From assembly GCA_963663225.1 (NCBI GenBank), contig OY760142.1:2144001-2208000 (forward strand): a stretch of 64,000 nucleotides of DNA, written 5' to 3'. How positions within the stretch are numbered: the stretch's first letter is position 1; each line of letters opens with the position of its first letter. Shown piece after piece: positions 9,479 to 19,986 of the stretch. Below the pieces are notes generated by a model. That model saw nothing but the letters and a program-made list of their open reading frames with translations. It had not been told where the DNA came from and made no database searches. Made by a program: the position numbers and the translations under genes. The stretch comes from Nitrospirota bacterium (GTDB taxonomy: Bacteria; Nitrospirota; UBA9217).

Positions 9479-10302
9479 CACTCACTCTGCAATCAGCCAC
9501 GCAGCTGAACAATGGCGTCTGCATGCCCGTTCTCGGTCTGGGAGTTTATCAGATACGTTCCGGCAGGGAGTCGTACCAGGCAGTATCAACGGCCCTTGAA
9601 ATCGGTTACCGCCATATCGATACCGCGAGCTACTACGGCAATGAAGAAGATATAGGCAAGGCGGTCCGTGACAGCGCTGTCCCTCGGGAAGAAATTTTTG
9701 TCACCACCAAACTCTGGAACAGCGACCACGGTTACGATTCCGCGCTGCGGGCTTTTGATGCATCACTCAGGCGGCTGAATCTGGACTACCTTGATCTTTA
9801 TTTGATCCATTTTCCGGTCACGAGCCTGCGGAAGGAAAGCTGGCGAGCGCTCGAAAAGATACTGAAAAACGGAAGAGCCCGCGCAATCGGGGTGAGCAAT
9901 TACACGGAACGCCACCTGCAGGAACTGCTCAACCAATCGTCGATCGTGCCTGCGGTCAATCAGGTCGAATTCAGCCCGTTTCTGTATCAGCGCGACCTGC
10001 TCGAATTCTGCCGGAGGCAGGGGATACAGCTCACCGCATACGCCCCGCTTACCGAGGGCCACCGGCTGAATGATCCCCGAATAACAGCCATTGCAAAAAA
10101 GCACGGCCGCACAAACGCCCAGATCATGCTTCGGTGGGCTGTCCAGCACGAAGTGGCCGTCATTCCAAAATCCAAACATGCTGACAGAATCGCTGAGAAC
10201 GCAGACGTTTTCAGCTTCGAACTCACCAGCGAAGAGATGGCAATACTCGACCGTCTTCATGACGGCTTCCGCTGCTGTTGGGACCCGACCTCGGTTGCAT
10301 GA
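9475..10302 (+). CDS. Aldo/keto reductase (2,5-DKG/glyoxal reductase-like)
   Basis: GYRHIDTASYYGNE, LDLYLIHFP, AIGVSNY, VIPKS; ATGA overlap with upstream gene. Confidence 0.93.
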   Translation: MTLTLQSATQLNNGVCMPVLGLGVYQIRSGRESYQAVSTALEIGYRHIDTASYYGNEEDIGKAVRDSAVPREEIFVTTKLWNSDHGYDSALRAFDASLRRLNLDYLDLYLIHFPVTSLRKESWRALEKILKNGRARAIGVSNYTERHLQELLNQSSIVPAVNQVEFSPFLYQRDLLEFCRRQGIQLTAYAPLTEGHRLNDPRITAIAKKHGRTNAQIMLRWAVQHEVAVIPKSKHADRIAENADVFSFELTSEEMAILDRLHDGFRCCWDPTSVA

Positions 10303-10407
10303 CCGCTTACACTCTTCTGCCCTATGCAGCAACCCTTGTGTTTTAAAATAGAGAGTTGTAATATGCACGCTCCACGATCCTGACTCTCTTAACTCCAGGG
10401 AGTTGCA

Positions 10408-11526
10408 ATGTTCATATTCGGCATTATCCTGTTATCTGCGGTTACAGTCATACACGTCTATGTCTTATGGCGCGTCAGCACGGTTCCGTCCATCAGGCAG
10501 CGCGTAACCGGCAAAGCGTTTGTCGTCGCGGGAGTGGTACTCTGGGCCCTGTTTGTCGCAGGCCGACTCTACGGCCATAATAATCCCGGTCTTTTCGCAA
10601 TACTGCTGGAAACGGCAGGCATGGTCTGGATGGTTGTCGTGTTCCTGATCTCGGTGCCGATGCTGGCAGTGGATGCAATCACTGGCTTCGGCATGCTCAT
10701 GCCCCAGGTTGCGCGATGGATGCGGGGGGCTGCAATCGCGATCGGCATCGCGCTTTCAATCGTCGCCTTGGTCCAAGGAACCCGCCAGCCCGTGGTCGAG
10801 AACTATGAAGTGCCCCTGCCGGGGCTTCATCCCAAACTAGACGGCACGGTTATCGTCGGAGTGTCCGACATGCATCTCGGCTCCCTGCGGAAAGAACAAT
10901 GGATCAAAGAACGGGTTTCCCAGGTTCTGGCGGAGCGGCCCGACATCATTGTTCTGCTTGGCGATATTTTTGAAGGACATGATCTGCCGCCGAAAGCGTT
11001 CATTACGGAGTTGTCGAAATTAAAAGCCCCGATGGGAGTCTGGGCGGTGCTGGGCAACCATGAGTTTCACGGCGAGAATAATGACATCGGTCCCCTGTTT
11101 CAGGACGCCGGCATCACCCTGCTCAGAAATGAGAAGGCCGTACTCTTACCGGGTCTGGTGCTGGCAGGCGTGGACGATTTGACGTTCAATCGCCGCACCG
11201 GGTCGAAGGTTGACCTTGTTACCAGAGCGCTCGCGCCGCCCTCCTCCGGCGCGACCATCCTTCTTTCGCACACGCCCTGGCATGCAGACCGCGCAGCTAG
11301 CGCCGGCGCTGGTCTTATGCTCTGCGGTCATACCCATGGAGGCCAGGTCTGGCCGTTCGGATATTTCGTCAGGACAATATACCCGCTGCTCGCGGGCAGA
11401 TATGACGTGGACGGCATGACGGTCATCGTGTCCCGCGGCGCGGGTCTGTGGGGGCCGCCCATGCGGCTGTGGGAGCGGGGAGATGTTATTCGTGTGACTC
11501 TGCGGGCAAAGAAAAAGGAAGTGTAA
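10408..11526 (+). CDS. Membrane-anchored metallophosphoesterase (YkuE-like)
   Basis: Four N-terminal TM segments; SDMHLG, GDIFE, LGNHE, LLSHTP, GHTHGGQ. Confidence 0.9.
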   Translation: MFIFGIILLSAVTVIHVYVLWRVSTVPSIRQRVTGKAFVVAGVVLWALFVAGRLYGHNNPGLFAILLETAGMVWMVVVFLISVPMLAVDAITGFGMLMPQVARWMRGAAIAIGIALSIVALVQGTRQPVVENYEVPLPGLHPKLDGTVIVGVSDMHLGSLRKEQWIKERVSQVLAERPDIIVLLGDIFEGHDLPPKAFITELSKLKAPMGVWAVLGNHEFHGENNDIGPLFQDAGITLLRNEKAVLLPGLVLAGVDDLTFNRRTGSKVDLVTRALAPPSSGATILLSHTPWHADRAASAGAGLMLCGHTHGGQVWPFGYFVRTIYPLLAGRYDVDGMTVIVSRGAGLWGPPMRLWERGDVIRVTLRAKKKEV

Positions 11527-11594
11527 AAACTCCACTTCCTCATCGTGGTCTCTGACTGCTTTTTAGAGAAAGACCGGCAGCCGCTTCCTGTCCG

Positions 11595-12206
11595 TTACTT
11601 CAGGAGTTTTGCGGCGATCATGGCAACATGCCTGCCCTGATAGCGCGCGGCTGCAAGCTCATTTTCGCTCGGCAGTCGTTCGCCTTTTCCGCCCGCGATG
11701 GTCGACGCGCCATACGGCGAGCAGCCGGTGATCTCGTCGATCCTCATCTGTCCCTGGAACGCATACGGCAGACCTACAATAATCATTCCCTGATGCAGCA
11801 GCGTTGTGTGGAAACTCAGGATAGTTGATTCCTGGCCGCCGTGCTGGGTGGCCGAACTCGTGAACACGCTGCCGACCTTGCCGACCAGTTTTCCCGTTGC
11901 CCAGAGCTGTCCCGTGGCATCGAGAAACTGGCGCATCTGTCCGCACATGTTTCCGAACCTCGTCGGCGCACCGAAAATAATAGCGTCTGCAGCCGCCAGC
12001 TCATCCACCGTGCAGACCGGGATATGGGCAAAAGCCTTCTGGGCTTCAATCGCTCCCATTGCCTTCAGAATTTCCGGCGTGAGCGTCTCGGGCACCCTGC
12101 GCAAAACCGGCTCGGCACCCGGCGCTTCCTTCACGCCAGCGGCGACTGCTTCGGCCATGCGATAAATGTGGCCATACATCGAATAAAACGGAATCAAGAC
12201 CTTCAT
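11595..12206 (-). CDS. wrbA: NAD(P)H:quinone oxidoreductase WrbA
   Basis: [32 protein letters not shown]. Confidence 0.95.
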   Translation of the reverse strand: MKVLIPFYSMYGHIYRMAEAVAAGVKEAPGAEPVLRRVPETLTPEILKAMGAIEAQKAFAHIPVCTVDELAAADAIIFGAPTRFGNMCGQMRQFLDATGQLWATGKLVGKVGSVFTSSATQHGGQESTILSFHTTLLHQGMIIVGLPYAFQGQMRIDEITGCSPYGASTIAGGKGERLPSENELAAARYQGRHVAMIAAKLLK

Positions 12207-12521
12207 ATACTTCCTCCTGTAATTTGAATTTCTCCATAGTAGTATGGTTTCAAGTATAGCACCGGATGGGCAAAGAGGGGCGGAGAGAAATTAAAAAGTG
12301 TTTAACATGTTCATACCGTTTACATATTGCATCAACAACAGACATAGTGCCGTTTTTGCAAAGCACTTGACAACTTCTCGTATATCCATATAATCAACGC
12401 AGCCTCCACGATATTTTGCTCTATCACGCAGTGTGATTTTGTCAAACCAGCATTCATTAATCGGCAAAAGCCGTAAACAGCAGGCTTTTTTATAAAAACG
12501 TCATTGCAACGGGATACCAGC

Positions 12522-13613
12522 ATGAAAGATTCACCAACGCAAAACAAAACGGTTCCAGACCACAAAGACGACGCACAGATGAGAGTGGACCAAATCAACG
12601 GTTTCCAGCGGGAACTTGTTCAACTCGAACAGGAAAACGTATTACATCTGTCCGACGAAGACCGTAGGAAGGTGGAGTCCTACCATGAAGGCCTGTTGCA
12701 GCAGCTTGCAAACCAGTTCGATGTGGACACCACCAAAATGCAGAAACAGATGTCCTGGGGTATGCGTATTATTTCCTTTCTGGGCGCTGCGGCAATTTCG
12801 GCAGCGGTTTTTTTCTTCTTTTACCGGTTCTGGGGGTTGTTTTCCGTTCCAATGCAGGTTTGTGTTCTTGTGGCCGGTCCTATCCTGCTTTCGGTCGGAA
12901 TAGAAGTGGCGGCGCGGAAAGAAAAGACCCTGTACTTCTCGGCCATTATCGGCCTGGTGGCCTTTGCAGCCTTTGTGCTGAATCTGAGCATGCTTGGCCA
13001 AATATTCAACATCACACCCACTCAAAATGCTTTTCTTATTTGGGCTATTTTTGCCTTCATCCTCGCATATACCTATGGTCTGCGCATCTTGCTCGTGGCG
13101 GGTATCATCTCTCTCACCGGTTATCTCTCGGCAACAGTCGGGACCTGGAGCGGGTGCTATTGGCTTGGCTTCGGCGAACGGCCGGAAAATTTTATTGTTG
13201 CGGGGCTTGTCCTGTTTTTTATCTCCTTCATTCCCCATCGATCGTTCCGCGATTTCCCGCCGCTCTATCGATTATTTGGTCTTTTGACTGTTTTTATTGC
13301 CGTCTTTATCCTGGCGAACTGGGGCAGCATCAGTTACCTGGACATTCCGTCGAAATCGGTCGAGCATCTTTATCAGATCATCGGCTTCCTTGCGGCGGGC
13401 CTCGCCATCTGGCTCGGAATCAAGCAGCACTGGCCCGGCGTGACCAACCTCGGCAGCACCTTTTTCGCCATATTTCTGTACACGAAGTTTTATGATTGGT
13501 GGTGGAACTGGATGCCGAAGTATCTCTTCTTTCTCGTGATCGGACTTGTCGCGCTCCTGTTGCTTCTGGTTCTCAAGCGGCTCCGGGCAAGAACCCGTGA
13601 GGTGCTGCCATGA
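12522..13613 (+). CDS. DUF2157-type multi-pass membrane protein
   Basis: Soluble N-terminus then about 9 TM segments; LSMLGQIFNI motif; coupled to next gene. Confidence 0.75.
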   Translation: MKDSPTQNKTVPDHKDDAQMRVDQINGFQRELVQLEQENVLHLSDEDRRKVESYHEGLLQQLANQFDVDTTKMQKQMSWGMRIISFLGAAAISAAVFFFFYRFWGLFSVPMQVCVLVAGPILLSVGIEVAARKEKTLYFSAIIGLVAFAAFVLNLSMLGQIFNITPTQNAFLIWAIFAFILAYTYGLRILLVAGIISLTGYLSATVGTWSGCYWLGFGERPENFIVAGLVLFFISFIPHRSFRDFPPLYRLFGLLTVFIAVFILANWGSISYLDIPSKSVEHLYQIIGFLAAGLAIWLGIKQHWPGVTNLGSTFFAIFLYTKFYDWWWNWMPKYLFFLVIGLVALLLLLVLKRLRARTREVLP

Positions 13614-14530
13614 AACGATATGGTCTTATAACGGCGATACTCCTGCTTGCGGCGGTCAACGCCCTGATACTTGCGAATGCAGCATACAACCGGTCTTCGG
13701 AATTTGAATCGGAAGTGAGTCTGACGGAGCGGGAACTCCCGGTCCATTATTCATGGAGTCCTTCCAGGAAGGAAAATACGGGGCTCTCACTGCGGCTCAA
13801 TTGGCAGGTGTATGATGCGGGGATGACTGCAAAAGGCGAACGATACCGCACACATCACATTTCCTGGTTCGACCAAGCCAAACTTGAGGCCCTTGGCTTC
13901 AATTGCTCGCGGCTGCTCTCCAGCGAAAACGCCGAGCTGTACTACAAAAAAATGCTTCCGCGAAAAACGTTCGCAGTTCTCGAATACGAGGGAAAAACCT
14001 GGCAGGAATGGCAGAATGATCATGAACAGCGCATAGAGGAAATGGAAGAAGATGTGGCGAGAGGTGAAGAAACCAAGAAAAATCTGGAGGATTTTAAAAA
14101 AGAATACCAGAGCTCGCTTATAGCAAAGTCGCGGCTGTTTGTTGTGGACGTGGGAAACAACGCTTTCCTGCTGCGTCGGAAATATCCCGATCGATCGCGC
14201 TTTATCATCACGCCTGCCAAAGTGAGTCTTTCTTATCAGCTGAAAAATACGGACGGCGCCAAACCCGCAATCGATCGTCTGAACGGAGTGATCAATGCAA
14301 TACTGATCGAGGAAATCAATGTTCCTCTCGAAAAGCGGGGAGATTTGGATCGGATTCTTACTGAGAAAAAAGGGAAGGAACATGGTACTTTTACGCCGTA
14401 CCATTATTACAGCCAGCAACAACCGCCTGCGTATATTGTTACACTCCGGTATGGGAAAAAATATGAACCGTGGATTGAGGATGTCCAGAAGATCGCGGCG
14501 CAAAGAAGTACTACGACAGAAGGGAAATAA
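13610..14530 (+). CDS. DUF4824-type membrane-anchored protein
   Basis: N-terminal TM; LTERELP..ENTGLSLRLNW, SRLFVVDVG, YGKKYEPWI; ATGA overlap. Confidence 0.7.
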   Translation: MKRYGLITAILLLAAVNALILANAAYNRSSEFESEVSLTERELPVHYSWSPSRKENTGLSLRLNWQVYDAGMTAKGERYRTHHISWFDQAKLEALGFNCSRLLSSENAELYYKKMLPRKTFAVLEYEGKTWQEWQNDHEQRIEEMEEDVARGEETKKNLEDFKKEYQSSLIAKSRLFVVDVGNNAFLLRRKYPDRSRFIITPAKVSLSYQLKNTDGAKPAIDRLNGVINAILIEEINVPLEKRGDLDRILTEKKGKEHGTFTPYHYYSQQQPPAYIVTLRYGKKYEPWIEDVQKIAAQRSTTTEGK

Positions 14531-14614
14531 AATTTAATCATTCCTTGCTGATAATGTGATAAGTTCTTTATTGTTTTCATATTTTGAGAAAAATATGTCT
14601 TTGGAGGGAAGAAA

Positions 14615-15364
14615 ATGTGTAAGTTTATCCTTGCGTTCTTCTGTATTTTGTTTGCCTCGTCGGCTACTATGGCTGAAACGATTGAGAAACCAGATGTGAA
14701 AGCGGGGGATACATGGAGCTACCAATACATAGTGGAAAAATCTGCGAATCAAGCGCGGAATACACCCGCACAATGGTTTGAGCGACATTATGAAGTATCT
14801 GTAATGCGTGTTTCTAAAGAAAACATCCTCTTATCGAGAAAAGAGCGAAAATCTAATCAAGGACCTATGGAAGCATTGATAGGATCCGACTTCAGCAGGT
14901 TTAGAAGCATCAATGGTGAAGAGAAGATTGTAAGCCAGCCTTTAAATTTTCCTCTTGCACCTGGAAAATCATGGAAGCTGGAATACAAGGAGGATCGTCC
15001 CAGTAATGCTGTAAAAAGCCAGGTTACTACTTTAAAATATGACGTGGTCGGATGGGAAGAAGTCGTGGTCCCGGCGGGTAAATTTAAAGCGGTAAAAATT
15101 GAAGCTTCTGGGAACTGGAAGTCAGAACTTGCTCCTTCGCAAGGTATGAGAAGCAGTGCGGAAACCACGCAAGACGGGGCAACCATAATTATGCAGGCAC
15201 AGAAAAATGTGCAAAGAACAACGGTAGGACGATTATACCGTGTCTATTGGTATGTACCGGAAACGAAAATTTACGTTAAGTCGATAGAAGAAAGTTATTT
15301 CTCAAGCGGCATGTTAAATGAACGTCGTACAGAAGAATTGGAGTCGTATAAGGTTTCTCAGTAG
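14615..15364 (+). CDS. Secreted hypothetical protein (AT-richer than neighbours)
   Basis: Signal peptide; KPDVKAGDTWSY and EEVVVPAGKFKAVKI motifs. Confidence 0.75.
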   Translation: MCKFILAFFCILFASSATMAETIEKPDVKAGDTWSYQYIVEKSANQARNTPAQWFERHYEVSVMRVSKENILLSRKERKSNQGPMEALIGSDFSRFRSINGEEKIVSQPLNFPLAPGKSWKLEYKEDRPSNAVKSQVTTLKYDVVGWEEVVVPAGKFKAVKIEASGNWKSELAPSQGMRSSAETTQDGATIIMQAQKNVQRTTVGRLYRVYWYVPETKIYVKSIEESYFSSGMLNERRTEELESYKVSQ

Positions 15365-15725
15365 GATTATTATGGACTCAAGGCCCGCTATTCACAAGAG
15401 TCATTTGTGAGGCGTATATACACTTATCTGAGCAAATTGCTATTCTTGATGCCGACATGAGCAGAAAGTTTTGGCCTCGGATGTTGCCGCAGGAAAAAGC
15501 ACTGTTCTGCAGCACTGGAAATATTCCGACCATTCACGCTTTATCATTATATTTATCGATGCCACTTTAAGCCTGATTCTGTAACCTAAAAGCAGGACTT
15601 CCAGCTTCGAACCGCCAATCCGGTGCCCGGCCATAATCGGTAATTGTTCTTTTCTCGAAGACAAATCAAGGGTATAATATATTTAGTTTCAAGATACGGC
15701 CCAGAACAGCATTGTGGAGAACTGC

Positions 15726-16523
15726 ATGAGCGAAGATCTTGCCCGCATTGTTACCCAGCTTTTTGCGAAACCGACGAACGGAAAAGAGTTGTCAGCACAG
15801 GTTCAACATCTCGGCGAAGAGATAAGAAAAGTAATTCAAAGTGAGAATACAGTATTCGGGAAATTTCTCGGACTGCTGGAGTCGTTCCGTGAGATCATTC
15901 CTGATGAACAGCAGCGATATCTTGCCGCACTCAAGGCATTGTCCACAACCTTGAAACTACCCCCCCAGGAAATCAAGAAAGCCATCAGCGGACAGCTTGA
16001 TGAACTGAAAATACTCGAGAAAGGGTTGGTGCCGACCCAGCATGCCTGGCGTGATGAGCTGAAAGGCATGGAAGCCAGGTCGCAGCAGCTTGATGGCGAA
16101 ATGACCCAGCTGCGGGAAAGAATAAAGCAGCTCGAAAGCGAGGAAAAAGCATTGCGGTCCGCCATGTCGGTGCGGGAAAAGGACATGGCATTAGCAGAGA
16201 AAACAGTGCGGGAGCTTTTTGCGAGTATAGTGGCGGAGGTAAGCGCTTTCAACAAAAAGGTGTCGGAATTAACTGTTGACGCCCCGGCAGCACAACCGGC
16301 CGCATCTTCCGCACAGGCAGTCCCGCAGATGGGATCTCAGCAGAACGTTGCCGCCGGTACGGGAAAAAGCGGCGAACAGACGGTCGAGGCAGGGGCAGCC
16401 CAAGCAAAGCAGGACACGAAATACCAAAAAAAATGCCCCCTGTGCGGGGGGCCGTTCAACCTGCTTGAGTATCAAAATATCTGGCAGTGCTATTCCTGCG
16501 CCTATGAAGAACCGAACCGTTGA
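15726..16523 (+). CDS. Coiled-coil protein with C-terminal zinc ribbon
   Basis: Long heptad region; CPLCGG..WQCYSCAY. Confidence 0.75.
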   Translation: MSEDLARIVTQLFAKPTNGKELSAQVQHLGEEIRKVIQSENTVFGKFLGLLESFREIIPDEQQRYLAALKALSTTLKLPPQEIKKAISGQLDELKILEKGLVPTQHAWRDELKGMEARSQQLDGEMTQLRERIKQLESEEKALRSAMSVREKDMALAEKTVRELFASIVAEVSAFNKKVSELTVDAPAAQPAASSAQAVPQMGSQQNVAAGTGKSGEQTVEAGAAQAKQDTKYQKKCPLCGGPFNLLEYQNIWQCYSCAYEEPNR

Positions 16524-16659
16524 GAGGCGTCTTTAAAGATAAATTTTTTCTGCAAGAGCTCGCGCGTTGATTTCTGAAAGTGCCGTTCTCTGCCGCCCGG
16601 CTATTCATATCATCTCAAAAATCTCTCAAACCTCATAATCTCTTACGATAATACGTCTC

Positions 16660-17727
16660 TTAACTGTACATCAGCTTCCGTTCAAGGTCTTTTGAACGGG
16701 AGACGCGTTTTGCCTCATCGAGAGTTATGAGCTCCGCCCTGCAGAGTTGAATGAGGTGCTGGTCCATTGTCTGCATGTGGTATTCGTCGCGCCCTTTCTC
16801 GATGTACTGCTCAATCTCGTCAAGTTTATTGTCCCGGATGCACGCCTTGATGGTAGGGGTCGCGTACATTACTTCGAGGACAGGCAGGACGGTATCCTCT
16901 GTTTTCCCCCGGATAAGTCTCATGGATATGACGGCGATAAGACTCTCCGCCAGCCGTTGCCTGACATTCTCCTGCGCCTCGGGCGGGAAATAACCAACGA
17001 TGCGGTTGATGGAAGAAGCGGTGTTATGAGTATGAAGCGTAGAAAAAACCAGATGTCCTGTCTCGGCGGCCTTGACACAGGCGTCTATGGTTTCGAGGTC
17101 GCGCATTTCTCCGACCATGATGACGTCCGGATTCATGCGCATCGCGGACCGGAGGGCAACGCTGAAGCTTTCCGTGTCGATACCTACTTCTCGCTGAATG
17201 ATACAGCTTTTGCTCGACGTGAACAGGAATTCGATCGGGTCCTCAATGGTAATGATGTTATAGTCGAAATTATCATTGACATACTTTATCATCGACGCGA
17301 GCGTCGTTGACTTGCCGTTGCCGGTCGGTCCGGTGACGAGCACCAGGCCGTTCGGGACCTGCGCAATCTTGCCGAGGACCGGGGGAAGATTCAACTGTTC
17401 GAAAGTACTTATCTGGTGGGGGATGACCCGCATGACGACGCCGATATTGCCGCGCTGCCGGAAGATGCTCACGCGGAAGCGTCCGACGTCAGCCAGGGTA
17501 TAGGCGGTATCAAATTCCCTCAAGTCATCCGGCAGTTTCCGGTTGTGTTGGGCCAGGACTGCGTTAGCGACAAACTCAGTGTCCTGCTTCGTCAGGTTCG
17601 CGAGTTTGGCGCGAATGATGTAGCCGCGCACCCGGAACATCGGGGGGTTATCGACCTCAAAATGGATGTCCGAGACTTTTTTATCGAAGGCAATGTGAAG
17701 GATCTGATTCAGTATTTCATTATTCAT
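16660..17727 (-). CDS. PilT/PilU-family type IV pilus retraction ATPase
   Basis: SDIHF, GPTGNGKSTT, TIEDPIE, DVIMVGEMRD, AETGHLVFSTLHT, MQTMDQ. Confidence 0.92.
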   Translation of the reverse strand: MNNEILNQILHIAFDKKVSDIHFEVDNPPMFRVRGYIIRAKLANLTKQDTEFVANAVLAQHNRKLPDDLREFDTAYTLADVGRFRVSIFRQRGNIGVVMRVIPHQISTFEQLNLPPVLGKIAQVPNGLVLVTGPTGNGKSTTLASMIKYVNDNFDYNIITIEDPIEFLFTSSKSCIIQREVGIDTESFSVALRSAMRMNPDVIMVGEMRDLETIDACVKAAETGHLVFSTLHTHNTASSINRIVGYFPPEAQENVRQRLAESLIAVISMRLIRGKTEDTVLPVLEVMYATPTIKACIRDNKLDEIEQYIEKGRDEYHMQTMDQHLIQLCRAELITLDEAKRVSRSKDLERKLMYS

Positions 17728-17788
17728 GGCGTTCTTGTACCTCCGCGTTTTCTTGTAGGTTTAAACCAACCGGTTTGCTGCCCGCTCT

Positions 17789-19588
17789 CTATGTTTTTTG
17801 AGACGTTTTCATAGTCTGTCTGCGATACAGCGTATATTCCAGAACAATGCCGACCTGCTGCGCAAGTATCTCGAGTATATCAAGCTGCACAGGGGCTGCT
17901 TCTTTCTTCCCGAAATCACCGTATACAACCGCAATGACTTTTCGATTGCTTATCAAGGGCAGCAGGACAACAGCCGGACTCAGAGGGGCGCCGATTTCTT
18001 GGAAAAGTCCTTTGAGAGACTCATCGCTGCTTTCCCCATAAAATGCCGCTCCTTTTTCGAGCGCGTTCCGGAAAATCGAAGGTTTTGCAAGTGATATTTT
18101 GAGCCTCTCTGCGGGCGTAGGCCCCATGCTTTTTTCGGTGCTCAGTCCTATGGCCCGTTCACCTGCAAGTTCCGAAGGATGCACAATGAACGTGACTGCG
18201 CGTTCGAACATTTCAGAAACAGCCGCGAGAATCACCAGCGCCGCATCCGAAGGGTTGGTGATTTCGCGAAGCGATTTAATGTTGTCCTTCAACGCCTTCA
18301 GATGTTGTCCAACGGCATCGGATCTGTGCTGTAATTCTTTGATATATGACTTGAATGTGCCGAGAAAGGCTATTGTGTCCTGGACATACGTTTCTTTCCG
18401 TACTTCTTTCAGTGGTTTCGGGAAAACGGCTCTGGCACCGTCGTTATATGACTGAAGGATGAAGCTGTGCTCCTGTAGAGAGGCGAACTGAAGGAAAGGG
18501 ACAGCCGGATGTTTTCCCCGCACCCGATTCCGAAGGCTGATGATTTTCTCTTCGGGAAAACCGCCATCGGATTTGGAGGGGGAGTCAAAAACGACCACAG
18601 GCGCTCTCAGGGCGGCGAGACAGTCCGAAATAATTCGCTCGAGATCCGTCTCATCGTCGGTTGTGAATACGGGTATTCCATCTTCTTTGCAGATGGTCAT
18701 AATGGAATGCATAATCAGCTTATCATTGCTGAATAGAACGACAGTTTTGCCCGCCTGCTGCGCCGCAGCATCCGGCGTGGCTGTGTGATCCATGGATTTT
18801 TTTAAAAAAGAAACGATTTTTTCCTGCTCTTCAAAAGGAAAACCCGCGAGCATTTCCTTTATATTTTGGCGGTGAATCTCGACCGGATCGAAGGTTTTCA
18901 TTTCTGTAACGGGACGCGGCATCTTTTTTTCAAGTTGATCAAGATTGGCAAGTCCGAGATCGTCCGCGGTAATGAATGCGTGTTCTCCTTTTGTCCCCCC
19001 GCCGGTTTCCTCCGGCAGAACATCGGCATAAAGCGATTCAAAGGAGGGGACCTCTTTTCCGTTCGCCCGGTCACGTTCTCGCTCGTCAAAGACACGAAGC
19101 GCATCCATCAAAGCCATCTGTGCATCAATTCCCACATCCTGCTCCGTGCCGCTGAAAGCCGCACCGCCTTCGGAGGAGAACACGAACGTATCGGTATCGA
19201 ACGTAAAGGTGCCTTTGGTCCAGCTCATCAGTTCAATGATGGTCATCTCTACCAGTTTCCTGAGTCCGCGGAGAGCATCTTCCCGCTTGAGCTTGCCCAT
19301 TTGCATGAGGGTGACCATAAGCGGTTTTCGGTTGCCGGGATTGTCGTTCGAAGCGGCTATTGCCTGCTTGAGATCGTCAATTGTTATCACGCCTGCTTTT
19401 ACCAGGACGGTCCCGATCCGGATTCTGTCGCTGGTGTGATTTGCGCCGACAATATATCCATTGCTGAAAACGAGCTTGCTTTCCCCTTTATTCCCCTTAA
19501 CAAAAAAAATGCCCGACTTCCGTGTTGTGTGAACCAACTGGATGACGTCTGCTATAGGCAGGTTTTCTAATTCTCCGGTAAGTGCCAT
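17789..19588 (-). CDS. DUF4388 (PatA-N-like) protein with MshEN-like, degenerate receiver and GAF-like domains
   Basis: MALTGELENLPIADVIQLV..KSG; RIGTVLVKAGVIT; C-terminal LLPLISNRKVIAVVYGD. Confidence 0.8.
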   Translation of the reverse strand: MALTGELENLPIADVIQLVHTTRKSGIFFVKGNKGESKLVFSNGYIVGANHTSDRIRIGTVLVKAGVITIDDLKQAIAASNDNPGNRKPLMVTLMQMGKLKREDALRGLRKLVEMTIIELMSWTKGTFTFDTDTFVFSSEGGAAFSGTEQDVGIDAQMALMDALRVFDERERDRANGKEVPSFESLYADVLPEETGGGTKGEHAFITADDLGLANLDQLEKKMPRPVTEMKTFDPVEIHRQNIKEMLAGFPFEEQEKIVSFLKKSMDHTATPDAAAQQAGKTVVLFSNDKLIMHSIMTICKEDGIPVFTTDDETDLERIISDCLAALRAPVVVFDSPSKSDGGFPEEKIISLRNRVRGKHPAVPFLQFASLQEHSFILQSYNDGARAVFPKPLKEVRKETYVQDTIAFLGTFKSYIKELQHRSDAVGQHLKALKDNIKSLREITNPSDAALVILAAVSEMFERAVTFIVHPSELAGERAIGLSTEKSMGPTPAERLKISLAKPSIFRNALEKGAAFYGESSDESLKGLFQEIGAPLSPAVVLLPLISNRKVIAVVYGDFGKKEAAPVQLDILEILAQQVGIVLEYTLYRRQTMKTSQKT

Positions 19589-19639
19589 GGTGCTCGGTAT
19601 CCCTTCGGAATTGCAAAATGTTAATTCAGAAAGCACAAA

Positions 19640-19787
19640 TTTCAATCCCTGCGACATGGAATCCCCCAGCTCACGTCGGGGAGGAATGCACTAAGTCGCG
19701 GGAGGTCGTGTCTATCGAGGGAGCCTCAGGCTCCTGCCGGAGGGACTCCACTAGCCCGGAGGCATCCGGCCATATCGTGCCTCAGAT
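19640..19787 (-). ncRNA. Candidate structured RNA / 5' leader of the DUF4388-pilT operon
   Basis: Three stems (GCCGGA/TCCGGC; GGAGCC-TGA-GGCTCC; TCCCGCGAC/GTCGCAGGGA enclosing TCCCC/GGGGA) just downstream of a near-consensus promoter; no family recognised. Confidence 0.35.
19641..19689. repeat. Dispersed ~50-bp repeat, copy 2 (IS200/IS605 end-like remnant)
   Basis: TTCAATCCCTGCGACATGGAATCCCCCAGCTCACGTCGGGGAGGAATGC; homologous to 430-479. Confidence 0.6.
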
Positions 19788-19793
19788 GAAGAT

Positions 19794-19822
19794 ATTATAG
19801 TATGATAGGAAAATAGAATCAA
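19794..19822 (-). promoter_or_regulatory. Sigma70-type promoter
   Basis: TTGATT-17 nt-TATAAT on the minus strand. Confidence 0.65.
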
Positions 19823-19986
19823 GCGCACTTCTCAAGCATCAGGCAGAAAGAATTTTGTATCTCGCCGGATAAAGGCTGAAGACTTTTCTGACTTACTACG
19901 GTGAAATAGGATATTGGGGCATGACTCATTTTTGGTATTCAGGCACCGCACTTCCGGTTGCTTCACGCAGTCCTGATTAGCTCTTA

